Made by a program: the position numbers and the translations under genes. Of a DNA stretch of 54,366 bases, positions 36,233 to 50,754 are shown piece after piece; position 1 is the first letter of the stretch; each line of letters begins with the position of its first letter. This DNA comes from Tubiluchus corallicola. Lineage: Eukaryota > Animalia > Priapulida. The notes beneath the pieces were generated by a model. The model made no database searches. It worked only from the letters and a program-made list of their open reading frames with translations, and was not told the origin of the DNA. The stretch covers positions 1 through 54,366 of the forward strand of contig JAQGDQ010001220.1 in the NCBI GenBank assembly GCA_030141605.1. The letters are read 5' to 3'.

Positions 36233-36843
36233 ATAAGGACATTTACTTTTACGATGAAAGAACAAAAACCATTCTGTGCTACAGGGTACAACCGAAACTG
36301 CCCATGTTTAAATTTTTAAACTATAAAAACATTCGCACTGACACTAAAACCGTGAATTCGGTACGGAGAGTTTCATATACCAGGACAATTAGCTGCATGC
36401 AAATATGAAGCAGACGATGTCTGGCCACCACGTGACCTGCAACATCCAATGGTAACGCTTTTGTGCCGGAAGGCAGAGATTACTGAGCTTCTTTTGACTG
36501 TGGAACATGAACATATCCAAACATAAGAAGATCATTGAAAATAAACAAAAAACACGTGTATAATTACGTTTAGATAAGTATTTTGGGGATGAATGTCACG
36601 ATCATTGGCCTCAGTGATCAGAAGTTTTGCTTTAATATAGTTATCAAGTAGTGACGTAGCCAGTTAAGAATTTAATTTCATATCAGTGTTTTCTATAGGC
36701 AGTCCAAACCGAGTTTTATATACATGTTATATAAACGAGATATATAAATGATAAGCGAAAGTTACAAAAAATTGAAAAATTGCAAAAAATAATTGTTTCA
36801 AAATTAAGTTCAAATCCACACGCTGTAAAGATGACTTAGTAAA

Positions 36844-38135
36844 TATAGGTTTTACACGTCAAATGTAGACACAGGAAAGTTCAAATGTGAGTTAGGTAAG
36901 TCAAATGTAGACACAGGAAAGTTCAAATGTGACTTAGGTAAGTCAAATGTAGACACAGGAAAGTTCAAATGTGACTTAGGTAAGTCAAATGTAGACACAG
37001 GAAAGTTCAAATGTGACTTAGGTAAGTCAAATGTAGACACAGGAAAGTTCAAATGTGACTTAGGTAAGTCAAATGTAGACACAGGAAAGTTCAAATGTGA
37101 CTTAGGTAAGTCAAATGTAGACACAGGAAAGTTCAAATGTGACTTAGGTAAGTCAAATGTAGACACAGGAAAGTTCAAATGTGACTTAGGTAAGTCAAAT
37201 GTAGACACAGGAAAGTTCAAATGTGAGTTAGGTAAGTCAAATGTAGACACAGGAAAGTTCAAATGTGACTTAGGTAAGTCAAATGTAGACACAGGAAAGT
37301 TCAAATGTGAGTTAGGTAAGTCAAATGTAGACACAGGAAAGTTCAAATGTGACTTAGGTAAGTCAAATGTAGACACAGGAAAGTTCAAATGTGACTTAGG
37401 TAAGTCAAATGTAGACACAGGAAAGTTCAAATGTGACTTAGGTAAGTCAAATGTAGACACAGGAAAGTTCAAATGTGAGTTAGGTAAGTCAAATGTAGAC
37501 ACAGGAAAGTTCAAATGTGACTTAGGTAAGTCAAATGTAGACACAGGAAAGTTCAAATGTGAGTTAGGTAAGTCAAATGTAGACACAGGAAAGTTCAAAT
37601 GTGAGTTAGGTAAGTCAAATGTAGACACAGGAAAGTTCAAATGTGAGTTAGGTAAGTCAAATGTAGACATGGGAATTTCAAATGTGACTTAGGTAAGTCA
37701 AATGTAGACACAGGAAAGTTCAAATGTGAGTTAGGTAAGTCAAATGTAGACACAGGAAAGTTCAAATGTGAGTTAGGTAAGTCAAATGTAGACATAGGAA
37801 AGTTCAAATGTGAGTTAGGTAAGTCAAATGTAGACACAGGAAAGTTCAAATGTGACTTAGGTAAGTCAAATGTAGACATAGGAAAGTTCAAATGTGACTT
37901 AGGTAAGTCAAATGTAGACATAGGAAAGTTCAAATTTGAGTTAGGTAAGTCAAATGTAGACATAGGACATTTGACTTGACATGTGTCTACATTTGACTTA
38001 CCAAAAGCGCTTAAAATTTGTTGAAAACCATTGTTAACACATTCGAACTACCTAAGTCTACATTTGAGTTACTAAGACACATTTGAATTACCTAAATCTA
38101 CATTTGACTTAACGTAGGTCTACATTTGACGTGTA
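36844..38135. mobile_element. Foldback-like element, copy 2 (left arm expanded as a 42-bp repeat, ~26 copies)
   Basis: Same left end tataggttttacacgtcaaat; unit aaatgtagacacaggaaagttcaaatgtgacttaggtaagtc; short right arm ending acatttgacgtgta. Confidence 0.88.
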
Positions 38136-38338
38136 TAGTACATGGCGGAGTGCTACAATTAGTTTGTCAGCTAGTAATTATTTGTAAAAATAAAAATTAC
38201 TTTACAAGAGTTATACAAAAATCTCTATGGTAACCATTACAGACATCCCGAGAAGATACTTAGCAGCAATGATTATATGGTGGCAAGTTTCAAATTACGT
38301 ATATAAATGTATCCAGGGGTCAATCAATTTACGAACCA

Positions 38339-38430
38339 GGCAGTCAGTCAGTCAGTCAGTCAGTCAGTCAGTCAGTCAGTCAGTCAGTCAGTCAGTCAGT
38401 CAGTCAGTCAGTCAGTCAGCCAGCCAGTCA
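38339..38430. repeat. (CAGT)n microsatellite
   Basis: Seen directly. Confidence 0.95.
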
Positions 38431-39610
38431 GTTAGTTATTTACTCAGTCAGTCCGTTACTCAGTCAACTTTTGTGGAGTTTTTTCTCATAAAAAGTTTGG
38501 TCGCCGTGTTCTATAAAAATGTTTACCAAACTTTTATTGTTTCCAAACATTCAAGTTTTTGATGTGTGTCATTATTATTTTTCATGTATGTATGATTGTA
38601 ATACGGAACTTAGATTCTGCAATAAAAACTTCAATTTAGTTACCAAATATCCTGCTTATACAGAATGTCAGTAAATATTAAAGAAGTGATACATTCAATA
38701 ATAGATGTACCTACTACATACCTGCATCACGTACGCCAGTCTACGTGTCCAGCTGCTTTTCTGCTTATATCTATCTAAGTACCTGGTAAGCAACCAATAA
38801 ACGAACTAGCCAATCAAATCTGGTTGCTTGACTGCTTGCCTAGCTAATCCTTTGTAATGCGTACTCGTTAAGCTACCTAGATGTCATTTATACTGTATAA
38901 CTCATTCTGTCGTGAATGTGACTAGCGAAGCACTATTTTTTAACGCGCAGCAATAGGAAACAGGACGTCATTGAAAATGAGTGATAAGAGGCGTGTGGTC
39001 GATCGCTTACGAATTCAATTTCCATTGTGTAACATATTTTGATTAAAAGTTTATGTTTGATAATGTTTCACATAAATATCAATCAAATGAAAAATAGACA
39101 GAGCTATTTCGTGCAAATATGTTGGCATGAGGTTTCCCAAACATTCAGCGTCACAAACCAGTGCCATATTAAGGCATGAGCTTTATGGGCTGGAGCCCAG
39201 GGGCCTCGTGAAATTAATTTACCGTGAAAAGTAACTACAGAATGAGAGTAGAAGTTTGCTGAATTACCTCTTTTAAAATGGCTGAGTTAACTAATGTACT
39301 ACATAATAATACACTGGAATTATTGCCGTGTTCATTATTCCAACTCATTGGTACTGCCAGCATCTCAATCCTAATTACAATGTCACAACTGTGTAGTAAT
39401 TGAAGCCACATCTCCTCTGACAAAGATATCTCCGTCCTGAGAGAACTTAGTGGTAATTTCTTACTAATCTTAGTAGACTTTGGACAACTGGACCTCTGGA
39501 TTACGTAAGTTATTCTTAGTCCTGGTTCTTGAAGTTCAAGGACCCGGGGACCATTTGTCACGGGCCCTCATAGTGTCTGTAGCCCAGTGGCCTACAAAAT
39601 CAAAATCCAA

Positions 39611-40575
39611 AATGTAATGTAATGTATTGTAATGTATAATGTAACGTAGTGTAATGTAATGTAATGTATAATGTAACGCAATGCAATGTAGTGTAACGTA
39701 GTGTAATGTAATGTAATGCAATGCAATGTAATATAATGTAATGTACAGTAATGTAGTGAAATGCAATGCAATGTAATGTAATTCAATGCAATGCAACGTA
39801 ATGTGCCGTAATGTAATGTAGTGAAATGCAATGTAACCTAAGTAGTGAAATGCAATGCAACATGATGTAATGTAATGCAATGTAATGTAATGTAGGTGTA
39901 ATGTAAGTTAGTTCAATACCAAGTTACTTCAGAATTTAAACGGTGCCTTGGCGCCAATGGTGTTGCTCATGTAATGTAATGTAATGTAATGTAATGTAAT
40001 GTAATGTAATGTAATGCAATGTAATGTAATGTAATGTAATGTAATGTAATGCAGTGTAATGTAATGCAATGCAATGCAGTGTAATGTAATGTAATGTAAT
40101 GTAATGTAATGTAATGTAATGTAATGTAATGTAATGCAATGCAATGTAATGTAATGTAATGTAATGTAATGTAATGCAGTGTAATGTAATGTAATGTAGT
40201 GTAATGTAATGCAGTGTAATGTAATGCAGTGTAATGTAATGTAATGTAATGTAATGTAATGTAATGTAATGTAATGCAATGTAATGTAATGTAATGTAAT
40301 GTAATGCAGCGTAATGTAATGCAATGCAATGCAGCGTAATGTAATGTAATGTAATGCAATGTAATGTAATGTAATGCAATGTAATGTAATGCAATGCAAT
40401 GCAGTGTAATGTAACGTAGTGTAATGTAGTGAAATGCAATGTAATGTAAGCAGTGAAATGCAATGCAACGTAATGTAATATAGGGTAATGTAGTGAAATG
40501 TAATGTAATGTACCGCAAAATAATGCAATGCAATGTAATATAATGCAATATAATGCAATGTAGGTGTAATGTAAG
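39611..40575. repeat. (AATGT)n pentanucleotide arrays, two blocks each followed by the same ~60-bp sequence
   Basis: gtaggtgtaatgtaagttagttca...ttacttcagaatttaaac...ccttggcgcc occurs at ~39891 and ~40560. Confidence 0.93.
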
Positions 40576-41156
40576 TTAGTTCACTACCTATTTACTTCAG
40601 AATTTAAACAGTACCTTGGCGCCTCATCTACAAGCGCTTGAGAATCTATTAGTCGAGCCGCCGAACATAAAAGCAAAGTTTAAGAGCTACTAAACTGCAC
40701 GTAAAATCATCGTGTTACATGTAACCGATGAGATGCAGAAGGTGTCCTTCTGGGCGGTATGAGATCGAATTAGAAACCTTTACTGAAGCATTGCTGCCAT
40801 TCTGCAAAGCTAGTAGTGAAGTTATTGATTTCTAAACAGGCAGTTCCTTATTGGTTCACCTTGTTAGAGGATAATTGATAACAGACAGGTTCGGAAGTTA
40901 GAAGTAAAACGGGAATTTAAAAACACGAATACGAATTTGCAGAAAATGTCATAGAAATGGAATAAAACGGAATGTTTCATTTATAAAATAGCTTTATGAA
41001 ATAGAGCGCTAAGCTAGGACATGTTGAATTAGTTCTCATACAACAGAAAGTCAATACAATTGTACAAGATTGCCAGAAGCGCCATTCGTGATTTGAAAAA
41101 ACAATTTATTTCCTTGAGGTGAAATTAAGTGAAATAAAGATGTTATTACGAACAAG

Positions 41157-41645
<489 letters not shown>

Positions 41646-41784
41646 CGGACAAGTGTTTGAGTCAACGACGGGACGTCTTGCTATGGAAAACCTAAATATT
41701 GAACGGAATGAAGGAAAACGGTTCAGGCGGAAAGTGCTTTCCTTTAATAACGCAGAAGTTTAATTATTCTTGTGGAATATTAAT

Positions 41785-42082
41785 TCAATTCAATTCAAAT
41801 TCAATTTATTTATCTCTTTATAATGTTACAATAAAACATGATTAATGAAAGAATCTCTAATAAGTTTTGAAAAATGGTAAAAATGTATAGATAGATCTAG
41901 AACTAGAGAAAGGATAGCGAAAAGACTATAAAGTCACCTAGTCTGCTATCCTTTACCGAATATAGATAAAAAGATTTTTTAGACACTGATGGGCATTAAT
42001 GTTATCAGTTTAATTTAGGAAACATTAGTAATTTTTAAAATTATGACATTTTCTATATAATCCAGAGAAAAGAATATACATG
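41785..42082 (-). repeat. Dispersed repeat, probable LINE 3' end; copy of 24393-24675
   Basis: Reverse-complement match; (TTGAA)n-like tail on the minus strand. Confidence 0.75.
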
Positions 42083-42879
42083 AAGTTTTATTAGCGGGCA
42101 ACAAAATAAGGTCAATCTTGATTAAACTAAAAGTTGCATTTAGATTTTATGTGAAATACAGGTCAAAATTGTTATGAAATGATAAAAACACTTTGGGTTA
42201 ATAATGTTATTAATCAACAACAGGAGTTAAATACATTTTGATTTGAGTTCAACTTCATTATTTCTAGGCTTATTCATTAAGAACAAATCTACTGACTTGG
42301 ACAATAATACTAAATAATATAATTCTCAATATACTGATAAAACAAACATTTAGCTATACAGGTTTTTTAGTAATTTTATAAAGGAGAGATAAGATTTGTG
42401 CAAACTGTGAACAACACCTAAATCTTTACTCATAAAATAGTATTGCAGTATGACTTTAATAATTACTCTGCTGTAAAGAAGAGATATTAAATTTTTTCAA
42501 TATTTTTGGCAATTATCAATCAAATTAATTTAATGCACTAGCGATACTAAGCAATAATTAAATAAGAAAAAAGCAACTGGTTTAATTATTTGAGTCAATT
42601 TTGAATTATTTTAGCTGTTATTTTTGCAACATCTCGCGTGACTGCGGTATTTTACTTTAGAAAACGCGGCACAAATGATGGAGCCAAAGTTCATTTCTCG
42701 CCGTTGTTAAATGTGTGAGTATTTTGTAAGTTGTTGACGGAAGGCTATCAATCACTGCATGTCAAACGCCTCTACCGTCGGTTGGTAACAAGCAGAAATA
42801 TACGTGTTCATCCTGTAACGAGTTTCATATGTGCAACTTATCAAACACCAGCCCGCTAATATAGGACTAAAGCAATAAT

Positions 42880-43710
42880 CATGAGATGACTATTAAAAAG
42901 AAGTTCTAAAATGCATTGATAGAACTAATATAAAACTAAGACACTAATACATAAAACTTTAGTTCTACCACACTTCTTATATGGATGTACGCTACTTCAA
43001 AAAACCAAAAGAGAAAATTACTTAAAATTAAATCTCCTTCAGAACTATGCGTTGAGATTGATAGCTGGGTACTCATACAAACGTAAGGCAGGTAGACAAA
43101 AATTCAAAGTTTCAACAACTAACCTGAGAAAAACTTTAAAATTCCAAATCATTGAAGCACACAAAGAATATTTTACTCTGCTTTTTATATTTAAATACAT
43201 TAACAACATCAGCAAACCATTCCAGAATAACAGATTTACCTTTTTCCAAATCCTATCGTTAATTCCAGAACAAGCAATCTAAAACAAATTAGGACAAATA
43301 CCCACTATGGAACGAACTCTGTAATCAAACAAGCAATTCTACTTTGGAATTCTCTACCATTACAGGTTAAACAAATCAAGTCACTATCAGCATTTAAAAC
43401 AAAATTAAAATCACTAATATTAACCAGATATGAAATACCATCACACCAGTATGACAACATACACACTAATTCAGAATTCATATATCCATGGCCATATTAA
43501 ATAAATCATAATTTTTTCATTTTTTTGTGCATAGTTGTAAATATGTTTGATTTTATTCTTCGTTACTTTCCATTACTGCACGGTAGTTTAGATTTCACTG
43601 ACGCATTTGACTTTAGCAGAGTAAGTTTTTATTAACTAACACTGATTGATCATCTCTGTAAAGTTTTTATCAGTGATTATCAATGTATTTTAATGGCAAA
43701 TAAAGATTAT
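42880..43710 (+). mobile_element. Degenerate CR1/L2-like LINE 3' fragment
   Basis: ~43305-43425 translates YGTNSVIKQAILLWNSLPLQVKQIKSLSAFKTKLKSLIL, a typical CR1/L2 ORF2 end; ends aataaaga(TA)n; left boundary uncertain. Confidence 0.75.
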
Positions 43711-44257
43711 ATATATATATATATATATAGAATTGCTATGCAAATCTGGGGGGGGGGGTGAATTATGATTTTTAATGGTAGCTAGAGCTGCTTGACACGG
43801 TATCAAAACCAATAGAAATAATCCATATAAGCGGATTTTTAAGAAGAAAGCTTGAATATTGAAGCTCGCCTGTGTTCACAACAAGCAACGTTTTGTGTTG
43901 AATGGTGAGTTATAATGAAAGTCGCTTCGTGATACTGGAACATATCAAAGGGTTACTTTTTCTATTTGCTTCAATGAAAATTCGGTTGTCTTTGATACGA
44001 TTTATGGAAGGTACAAAAAGATACTGATAATTAACAGTACTGATAATGACAAATAAACATACAAACATACATACATACATACATACAAAGAAACAAGCAA
44101 ACAGACAGACAGACAGACAGACAAATTATTGTTGGTATAAAAAACATAAAAGAAAAAATGGATAAATATACAACAAACAATTAATTAACGATAAAGAAAG
44201 ATGAAAACTAAATAAATAATTAAAATAAGGAAATAAAAAATGTTTTGAGTGATACAC

Positions 44258-44600
44258 AAACTCAGAACATTTCTACCTAGAATGCCCTCATTATTATCAA
44301 GCCAGAGATGCTATTTTCAGTCAATTAAATAACGTTTATTGCCTTTAAAAATGATTATTTTACAATAGACTAATAGTGAATCGTTGTGATTGTATCTTTG
44401 TGGAAGTGATCATTTAATATTGCTGTTAACTGTAAAATTTTTGATTGTATTAAAAATTACATTAGGAGTGCTAAACATTTTAATGTGATCAGACCTTAGG
44501 TTTCCTTTTATGTATTTATTGTAAATTTTTAGACAATAATTGTAACTGTGTCACATGTGCTAACTTTGTATGTATATGTCTTCGTCTACAAGTGTTTGTA
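44258..44600 (+). mobile_element. LINE ORF2 3'-end fragment, left arm of an inverted pair
   Basis: Translates NSEHFYLECPHYYQARDAIF (HF-x-x-ECP zinc-knuckle end); reverse complement of 45236-45579. Confidence 0.75.
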
Positions 44601-44860
44601 TGTATATTACAAATCAAATGAGTGACGCTACAAACAAACAAAATGAGCCTCAGTCCATCAGCTGCCATTAATCACAATCAAATTCTTTCTACTGTACATA
44701 ATGCGCAATATTTAAAACTGCGCTACACGTCGTACAAGAACGATTTAGTTCAAACTTAGTTTATTGTGTTTAAACTAGACAGTTTTTAAAACTGATACAT
44801 GAATCTTCACCATGCAAACGTATGTACAAGTAGAAGTGCAGAAAAAATAAAGTAATATAA

Positions 44861-45203
44861 TGTTGTGTTTTGTTTTGTTTCTGTCGGAAGGCTCGTAGAG
44901 AAAACCAGAAAACACGTCGTAAAATTAAACTTGTTTATTATGCGAGAATTCTACAACACAAAAGTATGAAGGAACGCGAAATGTTTACAGTAAATGTGAT
45001 AATCTGGAAACGTGAAAGCGAGAAAGCGTATCTGAGAATACAAGAGAATAAACTACAGCGGCCAGCTCCACCTTATATATCAGTGCCAGGGAACAATCTA
45101 GAAATAGAAAGTTCTAGAAACTTCTACAAGGTAAGAAGATTGTTCTACTATACTACAGAACATTCTACAATATTCTATTTATATCTAGTGGATCTCCACA
45201 ACA
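44861..45203 (-). mobile_element. Solo LTR with 5-bp TSD
   Basis: TGTTGTG...CACAACA termini; perfect TSD tataa on both sides; minus-strand TATATAAGG followed by AATAAA. Confidence 0.9.
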
Positions 45204-45235
45204 TATAAATACCAACAAACTCAAATAGATATACT

Positions 45236-45579
45236 TACAAATACTTGTATACGAAGACATATACATACAAAGTTAGCACATGTGACACAATTACAATTAT
45301 CGTCTTAAAATTTACAATAAATACATAAGAGGAAACCTAAGATCTGATCACATTAAAATGTTTAGTACTCCTAATGTAATTTTTAATACAATCAAAAATT
45401 TTACAGTTAATAGCAATATTAAATCATCACTTCCACAAAGATACAATCACAACAATTCACTATTACTCTATTGCAAAATAATCGTTTTTAAAGGCAATAA
45501 ACGTTATTTAATTGACTGAAAAATAGCATCTCTGGCTTGATAATAATGAGGGCATTCTAGGATGAAATGTTTTGAGTTT
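45236..45579 (-). mobile_element. LINE ORF2 3'-end fragment, right arm of an inverted pair
   Basis: Reverse-complement match to 44258-44600. Confidence 0.75.
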
Positions 45580-45628
45580 TGAAAATGGTAACCACGACCA
45601 CAATTTGAGGAGGCAAACAGACCATCAG

Positions 45629-46031
45629 TAGGGGTGAGCATTCTCTACCAGAAAGCGAATTCGAATCGAACCGAATTTGTGACTTTCGAATTCGAATCGA
45701 ACCGAACTTCATTATTTCGAATTCGAACCGAATTCGAATTGAGATTGAACGATTTTCGAACAAGTTTTCAAACCACCAGTAAAAATTAGTCTTGCAAAGA
45801 TCATGTGTATCACTAGAATTTGTTCTACAGTAAAACGACTAGTAATTTGTTTAAAATTGTGCGCAGAAATCACAGCTAAATTATGCTAATTTCATGATGT
45901 TTCAATGGTTTTAGTGATCAGGAACATGGGTGATTGAAGTGCTGAATTATTCGAATCTATAGTTTTGGATTCGAATCGAGTTCGAACTAAAAAAACTCGT
46001 TCGAACTCGAACGTTCGATGCTCACCCCCTA
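45629..46031. mobile_element. hAT-type MITE rich in TTCGAA motifs
   Basis: TIRs taggggtgagcat / atgctcacccccta; perfect 8-bp TSD accatcag. Confidence 0.92.
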
Positions 46032-46605
46032 ACCATCAGAAGCTTTGCAGCCTTTCAAAAACAAATCACCATTTAACTGACTAAAACCAATGCGCATGCG
46101 TACGTGATGGTATGAATAATGCTTACGATTAATGTTAGTCTATAACGACTATAACTTCAATAACGACTTATGATATATACTATGCGGAGGTACAGTTAGG
46201 AGGGGGGTGGGTGGTGTGGAGCAGAAGCGGGGGAGTGCTTTCGTAAGAACAACAGAGCCGGATTTATCAGAAAATCACGCACAGTCCATTGCCTTTGTTA
46301 CGTGGCCATTATTTCAGTAAACCATAACCTCTTGATTTGCGTTTATGGCAGGATGGAGACGTAGTTTATGGATCTCTTGCAGAGGACAGGAACTTACCGA
46401 CAATAGGACAGCGCACATTAACCAAACGACTACAATTAGTTTTATTAGAATGTGAAATCACTTTTACTGTGTTAAGTTATAGCAGAGAACACGTGTTTGG
46501 ATTGTATTTATTGGTGGACTGTGTTTGAAATTGTCCTACGCTACTGTAAGCGTTTAATTAATGAAAGGTGTAGAAAGGGAACGTAGACACGTGGGCGGTA
46601 TAATA

Positions 46606-46716
<111 letters not shown>

Positions 46717-46829
46717 AATGTTAGCATAGCTGTTGTAAGTTGTTAAATATGAAATGTAAATACTGTTCACTGTTATAGCCCTGCAAATAGAGGGCGCATG
46801 TATATATGTATGTATAAATATGCTCAAAA

Positions 46830-46831
46830 TA

Positions 46832-46930
<99 letters not shown>

Positions 46931-47170
46931 CATCTTTATTTAAAACTGGTCTTGGATAAACAATTAATATAAGCTCACACACCTTTTTGCCGACTGTAAA
47001 TAACAATTCTACAACTACGTAACCTATATTATCTTATCTAATACTACGAAATAGGCAGGGCAACAGCAGACAGGCTTACCATTTTAAAGACTTTGATATG
47101 ACCCGGGCGTAGTATTGAACCCACGGCCTCCAACACGGAAAGCGGAGGCGTGACCTCTAGACTACACCGT
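46830..47170 (-). mobile_element. tRNA-derived SINE, copy 2, with expanded (ATT)n tail
   Basis: Reverse complement aligns with 8545-8812 across head, core and aataaagatgattatt tail. Confidence 0.8.
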
Positions 47171-50100
47171 CTTACACGTGGTGTTACACGTACTTCTGGG
47201 TGGTAATATTTACGCATATTGAGAATCCAGAATGATAGGAAATTGTTGCAAATATAACAGACATATTGCTGTTTGCAGACATTTTTGTGACACGATTAGC
47301 TTCTGCTTTCCACGTCGGAATAGTCTACTATCCGTGTATCAAATTCAAAACCAGCAAAAACGACAGTTTAACTAGTTGAATTGCAGTGCATTTAGTGTTA
47401 TCTAATTTTCCGCATTAGGCCTAAATACTTAAGACATTCTACTCCTTGATGCGATATGTTTTATCTAATGTAAGAGATTATAAAAGTTAATCAAATTCCA
47501 ACGACTGCGAAGTTAATCTTTTTAAAAAACGTGTGAGGCGTATAGCCATTATACTCATCCAGAATGAAATTTTGATTTTTTTTAATGTTAAGGCCACATG
47601 ACGTAAAGCTAAATGACTGGCTACACTTAATGGACAAGAAAAGGGGCACCTGAAATAGGTTTCAGAAAAATCGCCTTAAAAAATTATATTACTTTATAGC
47701 AATTTTATGTACATATCGTATTCGTGTTGAAAGGAATTTTCGTTTGTTTTCATTTTAAATCTCCCGCAATACTGTTCCGACGACGACATTACATGACGTC
47801 ACTAAAATACGTAAATTAGGGGAAGAAAAGGCAATGTTAAATTATGATCTAAAAAACTTTCCGTGCAAATCTATATTACTTAGCATTCCGCTTACCTGAT
47901 GGAAAGATTTATCTAACTAGAATAATTATTTAAAATGCTCGTGCCAATTGGTAAAATGTCGCTGACTCACCCTCCATGGTGCGCCACTCACTAGCCAAAA
48001 ACGTATTTTTAATCTTATTGACAAGATACAGTAATTTTAAATTTTATTTAGTTAGTGACTTGTGCGTTACGAATGCTCTGATTATTTTTTCAATCTTTAC
48101 ACAATGTTATCAAAACTTGTTTCAAACGACCTACCATTAAAATGGCTGCGCCTAACGGTCATCGCGGGAGTTTAAATTTACACGTTTTATACAGCGTTAC
48201 GATAGATGCAAGCCCAGGATACGAAAAGGTAGCATGTAAGTGGTATGAAATTTCGAGACGAATTTTTTAAACTTTATGTAAGTGGAGTTTTCTTGTGCTT
48301 TAAGTGTTTGTTTTATCTACGAGCTGTGGCATAATTATGATGAAGAAGCAATTTAAATTGTATTTTATAATATATTATTTGCATTTTTAACGTATAATGT
48401 GTCAGTTAATCCAAACAAACAATAGAATTAACACGTAACGACAGAAAGAAGAGAACAAGAGAGCATCTTTCCTGTTTAACTAACTAACAAGATGAGTTTT
48501 GTATTCTTAATTTCTTTCATTCTTTCATTCACTCATTTGTGCCACCTTAACAAGCCAAGCTTTCACGGTGTCATACAGCAACTCTTTTATTTGGTTAATT
48601 TGACTTCATCAACGTTTTTTTACCTATACTGTTTCTTTTTTTTCAATAATATTGTATATTGATGTTGATGTATTGCTGGAGTGAAATAAATTGATTGATT
48701 GATTGATTGATTAACGTTATGTATAGTGAGAATTAAAACCAAATACATGAACGTTGCACGCGTGCTACAATAACTATTCGTGGTTTTGTTGACTTATAAT
48801 AACTAAACTCCATCCACATTTACTATGCACGACGTGAGCTTTCTCTACAAAACGATGCGGTTTTTTCGACATTTGATTGGACAAGAAGAACGTACCTTTA
48901 AAGGTTATATCGTTTTTCTGCATATATGATTGGACACATGTTTTAGTAAAATGAATGCACACTTCTTGCGAGAAACTGCGAGAAAAGTGACGTGTGTTTA
49001 CGAAACAGCACACGTCATTATTTCGAATGACGCAGGCTTTTTTATCCAATCAAATTGTCAGAAAAACTTCACACGCGTGTAGTTTTAGGCCACGTGTTAG
49101 TTGCAAATGTATTTGGCACTAATACCACGCCATAGTTATGCTGTTAGTAACGTATATCAAGTGGTACAATGTGCCAATAAATCAATTATGATAATCACAA
49201 TTTATGAGCAAAACTTGCTGTCTATTCCTTGAGCAATTTCCACCAATCCATCTCATTGAAATTTTCCTATCAATTGAAACCACTCCCTATCCAGAGGTCA
49301 CGCACTCGCTGTGTTAGTGAGACGATAATAATGTTTTCTTACATACGAACAGCAAAAACATTTGCCAACCTCTTATCAATAAGATTCCATTGAAGCCTTA
49401 TAGTGAGAGCTGAGAGGCAGGCAGCAAAAACCTGGCTTAACACAGGGCTTGTCTGTTGAGAGTAAACATGGGAGCTTCATCAAGCAAATCTAATAACAAT
49501 TTGATACCTTTGATGTTGCCGATCCCAAAGGAAGTGACGTAGTTTATAAATAGAGCTCAGTATGTAACGGTTAACATAAGCAACCGAGTGTTGAATGCTA
49601 CCAAGAAAAAGTTGCAAAAGTTTTGTCAGTTATTATTTGGAAGTTCAGAATGTGCCGGAAGAATAAACTTTTCATATTAAGGATGACAAACTACGTCAGA
49701 ATATTGTTCCGGGGTTCGACCCGGTAGAGAGCCTTACGGCCCGCCATCGGTGATGCTGGTAACCGCTGCATTACGGACACTCAGAAATTTTAAGCAAAAA
49801 ACAACAAAACCAAAACTTAGAATTCAAAAGGGACGGCTGAGAAGAACAACACAATAGAAAAAAAAACATAACCTGATGACAATGCTTCAAACCTTACGGA
49901 ATCCACGACACTCGGCAGGCAGAAAAGAGCAGTGCATTCCATGACAACCAAAAGACAACTGATGATGTCACGTGTTCGTTCTTTCCACAGGAAACCACTG
50001 CTCAACCAATCGCAGGTAATGTGATGGGCTTCCTAGTTTAAAGTGGAGTTCATAACATTACCTGTAGGTTGGCTAGCTGGTGCCTACGAATAGAACTGTA

Positions 50101-50364
50101 CAATGCACGTTCACCTGTTCAGCTCAGTATTTTAAAGAAAGGTGATATTAAACATTCACCCGTGACGTAGTTTCTTTTTGCCACCCCCTATTTTCAATGA
50201 GGTGATTTTTGCTGCAAATGAAGTTACTAAAATGAATTCTCAAAGCACAAGAAAGTTAGGCGAGCGGTCAGTGAAAGCTAAGCTGCAATGACAACACTAG
50301 TTAATAAATGGGTGCATGATTGCTGGGAAAGTCACTTCCGGACACTGTCACTTTGTACATTGCT

Positions 50365-50754
50365 CAGGGCCGGATTGTGACTTTTTGGGGTCCCTGGGCT
50401 AGTGAAATTATGGGGCCCTCAGACGGAGCCACCTTCTAATTTGCTCGAAATCGTCTAGAATATTTTTTACTCGTGACATATTTCAGCACATTTGGAGGCG
50501 CTATATTTCAAATAAATGACCTCAAATAAAGGAAGTCTCTTTGTCTGAAATAAAAAGCCTCAAACAGGGATCCTTTATCTCAAATGAGGAGCCAGCCACT
50601 TTAAAACTCCACTTTCAGCTTTCCTGGCCTTCTTTTCTAAAGTTGAAATTTTTTTAAGTTATGTGAATTATTCAGCAATGCAAAGTATGAGTCTTCCAAG
50701 CTTGGAGAGCCCTAGGATGCAGCCTATACTAGCCTGTAAGGTAATCCAGCCTTG
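50365..50754. mobile_element. Old hAT-type MITE
   Basis: TIRs cagggccggatt / aatccagccttg; TSD degenerate (acattgct / gtcttgct). Confidence 0.6.

Noticed and set aside
36852-37963. 272-aa and 108-aa ORFs with a 14-aa period
   Set aside because: They are the 42-bp arm repeat of the Foldback-like element.
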